Assembly: GCA_032718475.1 (NCBI GenBank)
Contig: JAUCBJ010008930.1
Coordinates: 7,883-71,882 of the forward strand
Direction of reading: 5' to 3'
Length of the DNA: 64,000 nt
Source: Nemertoderma westbladi
Taxonomy: Eukaryota; Animalia; Xenacoelomorpha
Position 1 is the first letter of the stretch. Every line of letters starts with the position of its first letter. Shown here piece by piece: positions 1 to 11,666 of this stretch. The position numbers and the translations under genes were made by a program. The notes beneath the pieces were generated by a model. That model was given only the letters and a program-made list of their open reading frames with translations, searched no databases and was not told where the DNA came from.

Positions 1-2400
1 AAGTATCTGAGCTATTGTTGATCTATTTGGTCAAAATCCGTTTTGGCTCTTACTCAGTAGTTTCTCTATGTGAGGCCTAATCCTATATAGAATCATTTTA
101 TTGTATATTTTGGCAGCTACCACAAGCAGACAGATCCCACGATAGTTTGTTGGTATACCGAGTTCTCCTTTCTTGGGGAGAGGCTTTAGTTGACATTTAG
201 TCCAAATTGGTGGTGGCTTTTTCCCTTTTTACATCCGGTTGCAAACATTCAATAATGGTCTGTATAGCACTCCTGTTTTCCATTCCTCCACTGGGATTTC
301 ATCTAATCCACTCGCTTTATTATAGGACATGCTTTTAATGCTTCTTTGGAGTTCGGCAGGTGTGAAGTCCCCTGTTTCTATAGGTAGTGTCTTGTCATAT
401 ATTTTCCTTGTAGGGCTGATCTCAATGTTTGGTGGCTGCCCAAGCAAGTTGCTGAAGTGATTTTTCCACTTCCCAACACGTTCTTCAGGACTATCGGCTT
501 TGAGGCGCCCCTTTACACCTTTCCATCCAGTTACCTCATTTACAGTTTACCAGGTAAGTCTTGATTGTTGCTGTATGTGAGCAGTTGTAATTGCTTCAAT
601 TTTATCCTGTATGTACTTTTCCTGGCTGATGTTGTAGGCCAATTTAAGATCGTCCTTAGCTTTCTCAACCTTGTTAATGTTTTCAGTTGTTCGGTTTTAA
701 CTTTGTAGGCTATCTTAAGATCTTCTCTCTTAAAAGTAACTTCAGAGTTTTGTCATGCCACATACTGTCTTCGTTTGGATTACTGTCTTTGTGGGATATG
801 CATCTTAACTGATTCCTTGTGGGCTGTTATTGTATTCTGGTATATTGAATCAGTGGACTGGTCTTAATCCATTGACTGAAGTGCTTCAAAGCAGTTTTTA
901 GCTTCTACTGTGTAAGCATCCTTTACAGCATTGTCAGTTCTGAGTTTCTCCCAGTCTTAGTTGATTTGCTTGCTTGTCCTGGGTTTGCTGGCTCTCAAAC
1001 TGAGTCTGATCTCTGCAGTCACAATTCTGTGGTCCAAACCAATTAGGTTGAACAAGCTGTATGCCTCGCAGTTGATCATGCTGTTTCTCCACTTTTTGTT
1101 TATAAGGATGTAATCCAGTTGTGCTTTGGTTCCATTAGGGTATTGAAAGGTCCATAGCATAGCTTCCCCTTACTCTTTTCGAATGTGTTGTTTGTTGGTA
1201 TCAATTCACATTCTTCCATTAGTTCTAAAAGTAAGTACCCATTTCTGTTAGAACTGGTGTTATAGGTGTAACCCTTGATGTCTTCTGGGCCAATTTGCGC
1301 ATTCAGGTCACCAGCAATGACTTTAACATTGTGTTTCGGAATGTCCTTTATAAGTCCAGTCAGATCTTCATAAAACTTGACTGCTTGTTCTGGCTCTGAG
1401 GCATTGGTTGGACTGTAGCAACATATAACTGTTGTCTTGGGATTCCCATCAAATGATGTGATCATAACCCTGGAATTTATAGATTCGATGTTGTTTAGGG
1501 TCTTAAGTGCAAATGGGCTTAGCAGAATTCCTACTCCACCAATTGATGCATTGGCCGAGTTTCTTACTGCTGAGCTTGTTACTAACATCCATCCAATTCC
1601 AATGTCATTGTACTTCATGGCAATGTCTTCAAATACAAATCCGAAGTTCTTGGATGCAGATGATTCTGATGTTATATTCCATTTCCAGAGTGACCATGTC
1701 ACCCTGTTTGCGATGTGCTTTCAGCGTGCATGCGTTCATTGTAGCAGTCTTTAGTGTCTTTTTACATTTCAACAGGTTGGTTCTTCTTTCTTCTCTGTCT
1801 TCTGTTCCAGTAGCCAATTTATCGACCCCAGCCTGGTGGATCCACTGAGGGATGCGGTCCTTGTTGACCCGGGCGACCCGGAGGGTCCTCATACTCATAT
1901 CTTTCAGTTGCGAGAGTAAACTGCCTGTGGTCGCAACTCCTACAAGCGTCTTCACAGTAGGTTGTCATTGGTTGATTTCCTTCCGCCGACTTTGTCAGCA
2001 TGTCTAGCCATTGGTTGATTACCTCCCTATCCATGATGGATTACCTATCCATGGCCTACAGCCCTGCTGCCGACTGTAGGGGTCCTTTTGTTATACCCTG
2101 AACCAAGTGTGCCTCATGGGTTAGGTTACCTAACACTGGCTGACTGGTAGAGGAGCATCCAGTATAGATAGAGCGGGGCGTGTATCATCTCTATTGCAGA
2201 TGCGTACTCAAGCCTTTGCCTTCAATGGTGCCCTAGGCGCTATAGCCCTCAATGACTTATTTAGTTGCCAGGGCTAATACCAACCCATTCTTGATCAACT
2301 AAATAATTAATAGGCTACTGGTGCTTATCGGGCCTGCCCTACTGGGCTGACAGCTACAGGTAGTACCACATTACTGCCATAGTGGTAGCAGGATCTGGGG
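1..2400 (-). mobile_element. Degenerate RTE-like non-LTR retrotransposon (APE endonuclease + start of RT), runs off the left edge
   Basis: Frameshifted ORF pieces: KTATMNACTL / CIQE (APE start), GGVGILLS, CYSPTN, IAGDLNA, QLDYILI, DHRIV, then KASGLDEIP, NYRGI and QNGF (RT domains 0-2) near base 30-170. The 5' boundary is approximate. Confidence 0.85.
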
Positions 2401-2484
2401 ACCTGACCTGACTTGCACTCAAAGAAAGGTTGGAATGAAGGGCTGAAATAATGACAAATAATAAGAAACAACATGTTGAATATA

Positions 2485-3370
2485 CCAGGTGTACCACAAT
2501 AATATGTACCAATTCCAAAACGGCTAAATCTTATAAGATGTGTTGTAATGCGTTTAAAGTAGAATTTTAAATTAGTCTTACATTCAACTTAAATCAAGTT
2601 ATGATAGCTTTTACTCACGATCTTAGTAATATTAGAATAGATGGGAAATTTAAACTGTCAAATTTATTATAAAGTCTAGAAATCTGTATGGCCACCATTT
2701 GATTTAACAACAGCCTCCAAGCGCTTAGGATATGAACGCAACGCAATATTGCTTGAAATAAGTCTACCAGGTTTTCCAATTCGCATAGAGCCAGAAGAAG
2801 TTTCTCATGGAGTATAGGCCGAGTTAGTGGTTGGAGATGCATAAGCTTCTCCACCCTGCTCTTTAGGATTAGACCAATATCTTCAGCACCGTTTAAATCA
2901 GGAAAAGTGGCAGGCCATTCTTCATTTCCAAAGAAATCTAAACCATTTGTTCGTAAGAATCATTCATCCCAATGCATGGAAGTTGATTGGGCATCGATTG
3001 ATAGCGCTCCTCCTCTGGAATGTTATCTAATGTATGAGCCCAAATCCGGTCGTTCTGTGAATTAGGCCTACACACATAATGTATGAGCCCAAATCCGGTC
3101 GTTCTGTGAATTAGGCCTACACACATAATGTATGAGCCCAAATCCGGTCGTTCTGTGAATTAGGCCTACACACAGTCCACAAAAAAAATATCATCAGATG
3201 GAGCAAGATGAATAAATATCATCTTAAGCCTCCAATCCTCTAAATAGACCGCAAACCAGTCGATCCTCGCGATTTCGTTCCATCTTCAATGGTTTTTTGA
3301 TAACCTTAAATTTATTGATGCCCTCCCTCTCTCATTGCCGATCATTGTTGAAATATTCTGGTACACCTGG
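2485..3370 (-). mobile_element. Internally deleted Tc1/mariner-superfamily transposon fossil
   Basis: Inverted ends ccaggtgtacca (2485, preceded by TA) and tggtacacctgg (3359-3370). Minus-strand remnants read PNSQNDRIWA and WPA..PDLNGAEDIGLILKSRVE, matching the WPxxSPDLNPIE-type motif. Confidence 0.6.
3030..3174. repeat. Tandem repeat, 3 x 49 bp, inside the Tc1-like fossil
   Basis: tgtatgagcccaaatccggtcgttctgtgaattaggcctacacac starts at 3031, 3080 and 3129. Confidence 0.95.
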
Positions 3371-4240
3371 TCCGGTACATATTTAATTGAATAATGTATT
3401 TGAAAGTTTAAGATAACTTCTATTATTATAACTTTATATTAATTAAAAGAAGAATACTTTATTAGTACTAGTAATGTGACCTAATATTTCAGCTGTGGAA
3501 CAACATACATAATGTAGAGTGTAGCTACTACCTACTACAATAGGAGTGAACCACGGACTACTGAAGCAGTAGTCCTTGGAGTGAACATAGAGTAACGTAA
3601 TCAAAATGGGCATCAACAACACTCAATCTATACTGACTAAAAGTTATACATTACTGAAAACCTTAGAATGGTAGATTTACTTGAAGCTCGCATAATGTTG
3701 TAAAAGTTAAAAAATATCGCTGTGGTTTTGTTGCAGGAGGAGAACTCTCATGTGCTTTTTTATATTGTAAATTCACATCGTGTAGGGAAAACTCAATATG
3801 ATAAATTATAACTATTTTTGATAAGTGAAACATGCAATTCATTACTTAATTTGGTTATCACATTTTAATTGATTTAGCTTAATAAGCCATAGAGACTCTT
3901 TTAACTATTCAATTTTAAAATTACTTAATAATCTTGCTCCACCTCCGGGGACCACGTTATAGTCTCCTTCCACCCCAGACTTAGGCCCCCCAAAGTCACA
4001 TCTAGGTAGCCTTAAGGAGACCGAATTATGCACAATTTAAACAATATTTTAAGTTAAATTATAAATAATAATAATCATCTCTTTTTGACTAAAACTGATG
4101 TAAAAAATAATGTAAAGTGTAGCTGTAGCTAAAATGCAAGTGTTGGTACTATAATATTGACAATATATATATATGTGTGTTATTTTATTTTTAATAATGA
4201 ACTTTAAGAAATAGCAAATTTTATAAAATAGAACTCAAAC

Positions 4241-4431
4241 CTTTTAAATATTTGTATGGATTTCTCCTTGTGAAAGCGAAGTATATTCCAGGAAGAACTA
4301 TAAATGTATGTGTTATGAATCCAGCAAAGACTGTCACCACATAGAAACTTAAATCATTGACTACAGCCTCAAGGTCATCAACTTCCAGTATCTTACCTGC
4401 TATCAGAAATACAATTCCAAATGGCATATAC
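4241..4431 (-). CDS. Internal exon of an SLC1A/EAAT-family (dicarboxylate/amino acid:cation symporter) gene
   Basis: Translation (W)YMPFGIVFLIAGKILEVDDLEAVVNDLSFYVVTVFAGFITHTFIVLPGIYFAFTRRNPYKYLK matches the EAAT TM5-TM6 pattern WY.P.GI.FLIAGKI...LP.IYF..TR.NP. Acceptor ttttcag at 4432-4438; probable donor G|gtttga at 4240. Confidence 0.85.
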
Positions 4432-4518
4432 CTGAAAATGAGAACAGTATTATTTATAATTATAGTTATATTGTGGTTGGTTACCAGCATAGCAGTTAGT
4501 ACATATATTTACACCCAA

Positions 4519-6432
4519 TAAATTGGAGAGATACGCCTATTCCTACTATCGGAAGAGACGGTAACAATACCTGCAATATCCTACTGTAAAGTTTGTAAAT
4601 CAAATCATAAATCCGACCTTCTCACCAAAACAGTAAACCCCAAGTAAGCGAATATATTGCAGTATCGATCTCTTTTAACCGGTGAGGCAGAAAACAGTCT
4701 ACGAGCAGACAAACTTCGATAAAACAAAATCCCGCGCAGCGAATCCTAAAATCAGGCTGACTCACTGACGGACTAAGGGGCTCGTATACTTTGCCGCGGT
4801 GTGATTTATATGGTTGGGCAAAGGGACGCTAGCTAGGTACAGAGGCAGATATTTGGAGATGTCTAACTAGCGAGCAAAGTGCAGTAAGGACGAAAGTTAA
4901 TTTTATATATTTTGAGGTGTAAATAATTTCTAACGCGCGTGTGTTAATTCTGAACGGTCAAAAGCAGTTTTGCTCCTTCACATATATAATTACTGGGTAC
5001 GGTGTGCATTTTACGAATATTCTAATTTGTAACTTGTAGGTCCAATACTCACGAATGGTAAGGTTCCTTCCCCTCTTGCGTATTTCCAGGACTCAAATTC
5101 AGGCATAAGGTTAATACTACGCCCAGAATTCGGCAATTTCAGGTACCAGGTCCCTGATACTAAGAAGAGATGTGTTAGTTTACTACTGTAGGCGTACGGG
5201 TACTAATAGCTATCCTGGCTCCTATCTAGAATTTTAGTCACCCAGGTAGTCCGGGTAACTTCCTATTAGGGCGTTGGCGGGGACACGGTAGATGTTAGTA
5301 TATCCCTGATAGCCTCAATTTATTTGCGCCTAGCGTAAACTGCCCTACCGCCTGAACGGTACAATCCCAATTCAGGTGAAAACACAGCAACCCCCTAGCC
5401 TACAAGTTCTGATGTAACGGACACCGTTGTACGGCAAATAGTCGCACACACACCTGTACTTAGCAAGAGTTAAGCGTACAGTTTGCTGCACCCTAACCAA
5501 TGTGTATGCCTTGTACCGGTGTGCCTACGTCCTATCTGCGTACTAGTATCTGCTCTCTCTCCCTCTCCCCCGTAGGAATATGAAGGTCTACTGCGGTTTT
5601 TCCCTGAATCAAGACAGTACAGTCCCTATGATGTAATTTTGGGCTCACAGCGTGTCACTACGTCTACCTTTGATCTTTTGGTCTTACACTTAGGTAGCAA
5701 GGATCGAACGCTGTCTAACCTTTCAGGCGATGGGCGAATAACGCTAGATGGTATTGCGGGTTGTCTCTCGTCTACATTCCCGTGATGTTCCCGTTCATTG
5801 CTGTGGCCCGATCTCTAGCTGGCCATCCTGTCCCTGAGTTTGTTCACCGTAGTGAAACCATATTAAAACAGATAGAAAGGCTGAGAGATGTGACTAGTAT
5901 TTCTGACTTTATTACAAAACATATAATAACTATTATACAATAAACAATGTAATCTGAAATAAGACAGAAAGTGAATGATGGAAATTGATTGAATAACTAA
6001 TGAACGAATCGCACCTTTATATACTAAATTTGTGCCGCAATCAATCGAGAAAATTCTCGATTGTTCTATAGATTCTAACAAGGTTTTAAAGATAGCTATT
6101 GGTCCAGCTAATATATAACTTGCACGACATTGGTTACAATCAAATAACTACAGCCTTATTGGTACAGACAAATGCAATTAATTTGTAGCGGTTAATTTAA
6201 ATGAGTTGAAATTCTACACAAAAAATAATTCGCACTTACTAGGATTTGAACTCGATACCTACTATACTTATAATTTCCAACGCTCTACCAACTGAGCTAC
6301 TGAACCACTTGACCGATAGATGCATAATAGATAGAACCAATACGAATGAGAACTCAAAGCAATCTTTACAAAGTTAATTCGAATAAAATAAATTTTTGAA
6401 AATCCACGGCATTTAGGGAATATAATTCTATA
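4519..6432 (-). repeat. 3' LTR of BEL element 1
   Basis: Near-identical to 21435-23363 from taaattggagag to tataattctata, with scattered SNPs and a few indels. Confidence 0.9.
6220..6306 (-). ncRNA. tRNA-like Pol III unit inside the 3' LTR
   Basis: Minus strand: A box TAGCTCAGTTGGTAGAGC, B box GAGTTCAAATCC, then a T6 run; no acceptor or anticodon stem. Confidence 0.6.
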
Positions 6433-6439
6433 CCGCTCC
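6433..6439 (-). promoter_or_regulatory. Polypurine tract of BEL element 1
   Basis: Minus strand ttcatGGAGCGG immediately precedes the 3' LTR start TATAGAATT. Confidence 0.6.
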
Positions 6440-7315
6440 ATGAAAACAGGATATTATCGTGCATAAAATATACGGTTTTCACCAATAATCAATCAAACTA
6501 TAGAATACTTAGGGCGTACTTACATATTTACAATTAAGTTTCAAACAATACTTCCTTTCTACGTAATGATTCGATACAAAATAATTACAAATTCAAACTT
6601 TACGTATTTAAGGCTTTACTAAGTAAGTACAATATAAATCTAAATTAAATTCACCAATATAAATCTATTGCATCTCAATATTGCATAAATTCAAACAATT
6701 ACAAATACAAATAAATGAAAACAATAAGAAAGGCTCGCGAGTCTTCCATCTACTATTGCATCTCAAATATTGCATAAATTCAAGTAATTACAAATACTTT
6801 CGTACCTAAATGTAGATTGCATAAGTTTGGAATAATTACAAATATGAGTCTTTCTGAGCACAAATTTTTCTGTCTATAAAACTTTCTCTTTAGGTACAAA
6901 TACTGCTTATAAGATATAAATTGCATAATATTCGGAACAATACAAATTGCATAAGTTTGGAATAATATAAATTGTATAAGTTCGGAATAATTACAAATAT
7001 AAAATATAAATTCTTACTAAATATAAATCTTACTAACTATAAGTCTTTACTTAAATATAAATATAAACTGCATAAGTTTAGAATAATATAAACCTTTGCA
7101 TCTCAAATATGAAACATAAATCTTTCAAATATAAGTTCCTTCTAAATATAAACTTTCTAAATTTCATAAATTCGGAACAATACAAATTGCATAAGTTTTC
7201 TAAATTTAAAACATATAATTCAAAATAAATCACAAATCATAAGAAAGGCTCACGAGTCTTCCGTCCACCCTTGCCCTCCCTTTTATCGCTTAGTTGATCG
7301 AGCCCTGCCGCGTCC

Positions 7316-10300
7316 TCAAAAACTGCGCACAGGTGACTTTGCTCGCGATATGGGACTAATGGGGCGAGTCACTGGTTTACTTGGGACGTTGAGAGACGGT
7401 GCAACTATTTCCTCGCAAATTCGTCTATTTGGCATCCCAAAACCTCGACCAATTCCTCGTGACCGATCAGTCGTCGCTACAGTTGGTAGAACGTCTGGGA
7501 ACGCGTGAGAAGCGGACGACGCAGACCCAAGAGTAGCTTGCGCCCCCTGTTGATCAGCTGGTGTATGTCCCGATCCTCCTACCGGTTCTCTTGGAAGTGA
7601 TACCGTATCCCGAGTAACTCGAATAGTCGGCTCAACTCCCTTGCGTTCTTCTACATTAATAATTTTCTTCAATTGTTGGCCCACCTTCTGGACCCGTATG
7701 ATCCTACCCTGCCCGTCCTCCCGAGGGTGACGTGCAGACGGCGCAACCGGAGTGGCTGATATATTCGTCGCCTCTAGGACCTCTTCTTCCTCGAATACGC
7801 TCGCTCGTATACGTTTATGGTAAAACGCGGCTCGGTACGCCCATGCGACGGTTAACCAAGCTCCTTTATTCCGCTTTTCGGTTCGGAAACGATCAAATTC
7901 ACCATACGTGATACGATTTACGACTTTCTGAAAATTCCACGTGTTCTTGTTATCCGGGTGAATCTGTAACAGATACTCGCGCACTACTCGGAATCCGCTG
8001 TCGTGGGGCAAAATATCGACAACCTCGATAAGTTCGTCATATTGGGGCATAGCGGAGATATATCCTTCCGACATCATCGTCTGGGGATTTACCGCCCAAA
8101 ATCCGAGATGCGCTCTCATCGGAAACCGTCTTCTTTGTGCCGATACATGTTCGTCGGCTAAATCTTCCCACTCATCAAATAACTTCCTCACGAGTTTTAC
8201 AGATTCGTGTTCATAAGGTATGTCTCTCAGTTGGCATTCAGATGCTCGATGTCCCTTTATATTGCAGTAAGTACATTGAGCCATAAATCTCCAGCAAGTA
8301 TAAAAGGTATGAGACCCTTGATCCCCACACCATCCACAGATTAGCTGAGTCGTAGTAATGTGCTTTCCACTGCACTTTGCCATATGATGTCCAGCGACGC
8401 CACATTTACTACACATCGTATTAGCAGGGTACCACACTCGTTCGTATATAAGATCTCCAATCGGTCGAGCGCTTCCTCCCATACTATAATCGTAATCATC
8501 TGGGTCTATGGGTTGGTAGGTTTCTGAAGGTTGTATACAAACTATAGCATCTGTTGCTTCAAGTTGTCGAATCTCCGTCTGAGATTTCTTCGGGAGGTTC
8601 CTTTCTATCTCAAGAAGTTCCTCTAAAGGATCGTCGGCGATCGTAGTAGTTACGTTGAAATCATCACCGAGGTGACCGATAGGCGCGCGCGTCTGCCGTG
8701 ATTCATCCATAATTTCCACGATACGTTCTCCTTCATAGGGTAACAATGTAAACATAGATGGTCTTTCGATAAGAGATCCCGCACAGCGAAGATACACGTC
8801 TCGAAATATGCTAAATCCTGCTCGAGTAAAGGCATTACACTGAGCGTCGGAGTTGTAGAAGGGTTCAAGGAATCGTCTAAACACGTCGGTACGAATTCTC
8901 CCTTCCATGTAGAACGTATGATCTTCTCCGAGACAAAGTGGATGTCTTTTGAGAGTCCGAGACACAATGTCGGCGATTAGGCAAACATTCACTGACGACT
9001 CTATCGCTAAATAATATTGTAAGACCGCTCTTGGAGGTGACGTAATAGCCCAATACACGCATCCTCTCCATTTAAGCTGTGATTCAAACTCACTCATATC
9101 TGGAGTATCACCTTCTCCATAAGTTTCAATATACTTGTTTCTTTTACCTTCCTTATAATCCCAATTGAATAACAGGTAGGAAATGTATCCAGTTCCAGTC
9201 TTCTGAGTATTATACTCACGAAAATATCCCTGTTCTATAGACCACAGAATAAGAGGTCGAGTGTCGACGTATGGTGTCGGTAGTCGGTCATCGCTGTCCG
9301 TCATGCCGGCGAAGTCGCTAATTAAATCCTCCCTTACTCCTGATCCAACCTTTACAACAGTTTTATCTAAAATCATGTTTCTTACCATCTTCGGTAACAT
9401 TCTAGCGTCAATATTACAAGCTTGGTCCATCTTCTTTACTATATCGGTGATAAGATGGTGTCGCTTTGTATTCGCTGGAGGTATCGGCATTCGTTTGTCG
9501 CTCCTCTGTCTACTGAAAACGTGCAGGACTCCGTCCGCCGCTCTAATCTGTATAGTCTTAGAAGTCAAACTCTGCTGATGACTGCCGCCCTCGTTATCGT
9601 AAAACATATAACCGTTTTCCTGAAACGATCTAAACGTCCTAGTCCATTCATCCAACAATTCTTCCGAAGGTTGCCAAATCTTCTCTATATCCTTATCCTC
9701 ATCGAAACGAATAACCTTACCTCGCCAATCTGCGGCAATATCTGTATCCGACTCGAAGGTTCCGATTCCAATCCATAAACGAATCGTCTTGGTTAGATAT
9801 CCTTTCAGATTACTCGGAGCTATGTCGGCACCAGCTCTATCCAGTTCCTTAAAATCTTGGATATGAGGTGGAACGTTGTTCACGACCTTTTGAGTAATAT
9901 GTCTACGCAAATCATATATCTTACTCATATCGCTGAAAACAACTGCAGGAAGAAACTCCAAGTTTGAAATGATTTCTGGATGATCCACGATGGGTATTTC
10001 GTACGTCGTATCCTGTCGGACTGGTATACTAATAGGGAAATTGAGTGTCGTACTCAATGGTTTCGTAGCTGAAGTACTATACGGTTGCATTTCTCTTGGC
10101 CTCTCCGGGGATGCAATCTGTAGTCTCTGAATAACGTTTTGAGCGAAGTTTATGCTCTCGAAAACTTCCGGTGTCATCTCCTTAGCTGAAGTTTGATCGT
10201 GTGACGTCCAATGGCAAGGTAGGCTCGCGAGTCTTCCACCCCATTCTTCCATCTCACCTTTCTCGAAAGCCTTGTAGGCTCTGTATAGGCTAAGAGCTTC

Positions 10301-11008
10301 TTTCTTTTCGCGGGTTGACTGATTCGCCTCGTCCAGCGTAAGTTCAAATACATCGGGTTCAACAACCTTAGGTGGGTAAATGACAGTTTCTCCCGCCTTT
10401 GGTCCGGTCATAGCAAATGAATGATATGGATTCGATAAAGGATACCCTCCTTCCTGGTAGCGTAGTTGTTGATGATTCGAACACCTCGCCAATATCGGTT
10501 CGGGATTTTCCTTATTCAAACGCATCGGAATCGCATTTCGTTGTTCGCGCATACAAGAACCGCATTGATAATAAAGTTTATAAACTGAAAATGCTTCCTT
10601 GGTTTCTCTATCGTCCCCTCGAGTTCGTCTGTAAAGATGCATTCCATCGAATTCATCGCGTACCGCGGGCATAGGTTCGTGCGCCTTTAGGTATTGCATG
10701 GTATGATACAAACGACTAATTTCAGTATCGGGGTCTTCGCTAATGTCTCCCGTATCACACAAAGCATCGTACGGGTAAAGTTCGTTGAAGGTTTGGCGCA
10801 AACTTTCGATTCTTTCGTTCAATGCGTTTTGCCTTCTCTTTAATACATTCGAGTCATATTTAGTTCTCGCGAGTTTCGCTGTACTTTCCGATAATTCTTT
10901 TATACCAAATATAGTGTAATCCTTGGCTCCAAATCTTTCGAATGGCGCTGCTGCCTCCTCTTGGATATCATATCCCCATCTCGGCTCTCCTTGTATCCCT
11001 TTCTCCAT
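7316..11008 (-). CDS. Retrotransposon accessory ORF2, 1230 aa: DEDDy (WRN/EXD/RNase D-like) 3'-5' exonuclease domain + three CCHC zinc knuckles
   Basis: ExoI FYDNEG; TIQIRAADG; LPKMVRNMILDKTVVKVGSGVRED (ExoII); YVDTR; W..TSPP..LQYYLAIE (ExoIII-like) at about 8960-9620. Knuckles CSKCGVAGHHMAKC, CGWCGDQGSHTFYTC and CTYCNIKGHRASEC at about 8233-8414. Uninterrupted 3.7 kb ORF. Confidence 0.8.
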   Translation of the reverse strand: MEKGIQGEPRWGYDIQEEAAAPFERFGAKDYTIFGIKELSESTAKLARTKYDSNVLKRRQNALNERIESLRQTFNELYPYDALCDTGDISEDPDTEISRLYHTMQYLKAHEPMPAVRDEFDGMHLYRRTRGDDRETKEAFSVYKLYYQCGSCMREQRNAIPMRLNKENPEPILARCSNHQQLRYQEGGYPLSNPYHSFAMTGPKAGETVIYPPKVVEPDVFELTLDEANQSTREKKEALSLYRAYKAFEKGEMEEWGGRLASLPCHWTSHDQTSAKEMTPEVFESINFAQNVIQRLQIASPERPREMQPYSTSATKPLSTTLNFPISIPVRQDTTYEIPIVDHPEIISNLEFLPAVVFSDMSKIYDLRRHITQKVVNNVPPHIQDFKELDRAGADIAPSNLKGYLTKTIRLWIGIGTFESDTDIAADWRGKVIRFDEDKDIEKIWQPSEELLDEWTRTFRSFQENGYMFYDNEGGSHQQSLTSKTIQIRAADGVLHVFSRQRSDKRMPIPPANTKRHHLITDIVKKMDQACNIDARMLPKMVRNMILDKTVVKVGSGVREDLISDFAGMTDSDDRLPTPYVDTRPLILWSIEQGYFREYNTQKTGTGYISYLLFNWDYKEGKRNKYIETYGEGDTPDMSEFESQLKWRGCVYWAITSPPRAVLQYYLAIESSVNVCLIADIVSRTLKRHPLCLGEDHTFYMEGRIRTDVFRRFLEPFYNSDAQCNAFTRAGFSIFRDVYLRCAGSLIERPSMFTLLPYEGERIVEIMDESRQTRAPIGHLGDDFNVTTTIADDPLEELLEIERNLPKKSQTEIRQLEATDAIVCIQPSETYQPIDPDDYDYSMGGSARPIGDLIYERVWYPANTMCSKCGVAGHHMAKCSGKHITTTQLICGWCGDQGSHTFYTCWRFMAQCTYCNIKGHRASECQLRDIPYEHESVKLVRKLFDEWEDLADEHVSAQRRRFPMRAHLGFWAVNPQTMMSEGYISAMPQYDELIEVVDILPHDSGFRVVREYLLQIHPDNKNTWNFQKVVNRITYGEFDRFRTEKRNKGAWLTVAWAYRAAFYHKRIRASVFEEEEVLEATNISATPVAPSARHPREDGQGRIIRVQKVGQQLKKIINVEERKGVEPTIRVTRDTVSLPREPVGGSGHTPADQQGAQATLGSASSASHAFPDVLPTVATTDRSRGIGRGFGMPNRRICEEIVAPSLNVPSKPVTRPISPISRAKSPVRSF

Positions 11009-11666
11009 AATTAGGGTGTAGTTACATAATCATTACTACTAGAGGGAATACAACAGAGTTTGTAGTTAGTTGTGAGGAGACGTGAGAGTTTCGTCTGCCC
11101 TTTGGGCTCGACAACGCTCTAACCTCCTACCCATAGCCTAAGATCTAGGGTTTCTTTAATGACACGCTGCTTCTTATCTAAAATTTTTTGCCGAAGTAAA
11201 AACGAATTTGGGCTAAACTGGCCGTGAGTCTAAAATACTCACCTTTTGATCCCAAACTATTATCAGAAAATAAGCAATCAAGAATTAGTAATAAATATAG
11301 GGGAGTCTATTTTGACGTAACTTATTGAAACAAGACTGTGTAAAATTTAATTAAAATTTTAAGAAAGGCTCGCAAGTCTTCCTCTCTTGTTTCTCTAATT
11401 TTAAGTTCCACCCGACTGTACCCTGGAATCTATTCACTGGAGAAAATTTTAAAAATTTTTCAAATCCAAATGGATTGTCTAAAATTTCGAAAATGTCTCA
11501 ATATTGTGAGTTCCAAGTAGAATTCCATTTCTTATACCTACAAATCCCGCTCCTATGTGACACATAAGGGTACTACCCTCAATGTTCACATAATATGACA
11601 ATGGAATTCTACCGCTGTCCTTACTACGGTGTACAGGTACGTGGAAATCTATTTGTAAACTCCTAA

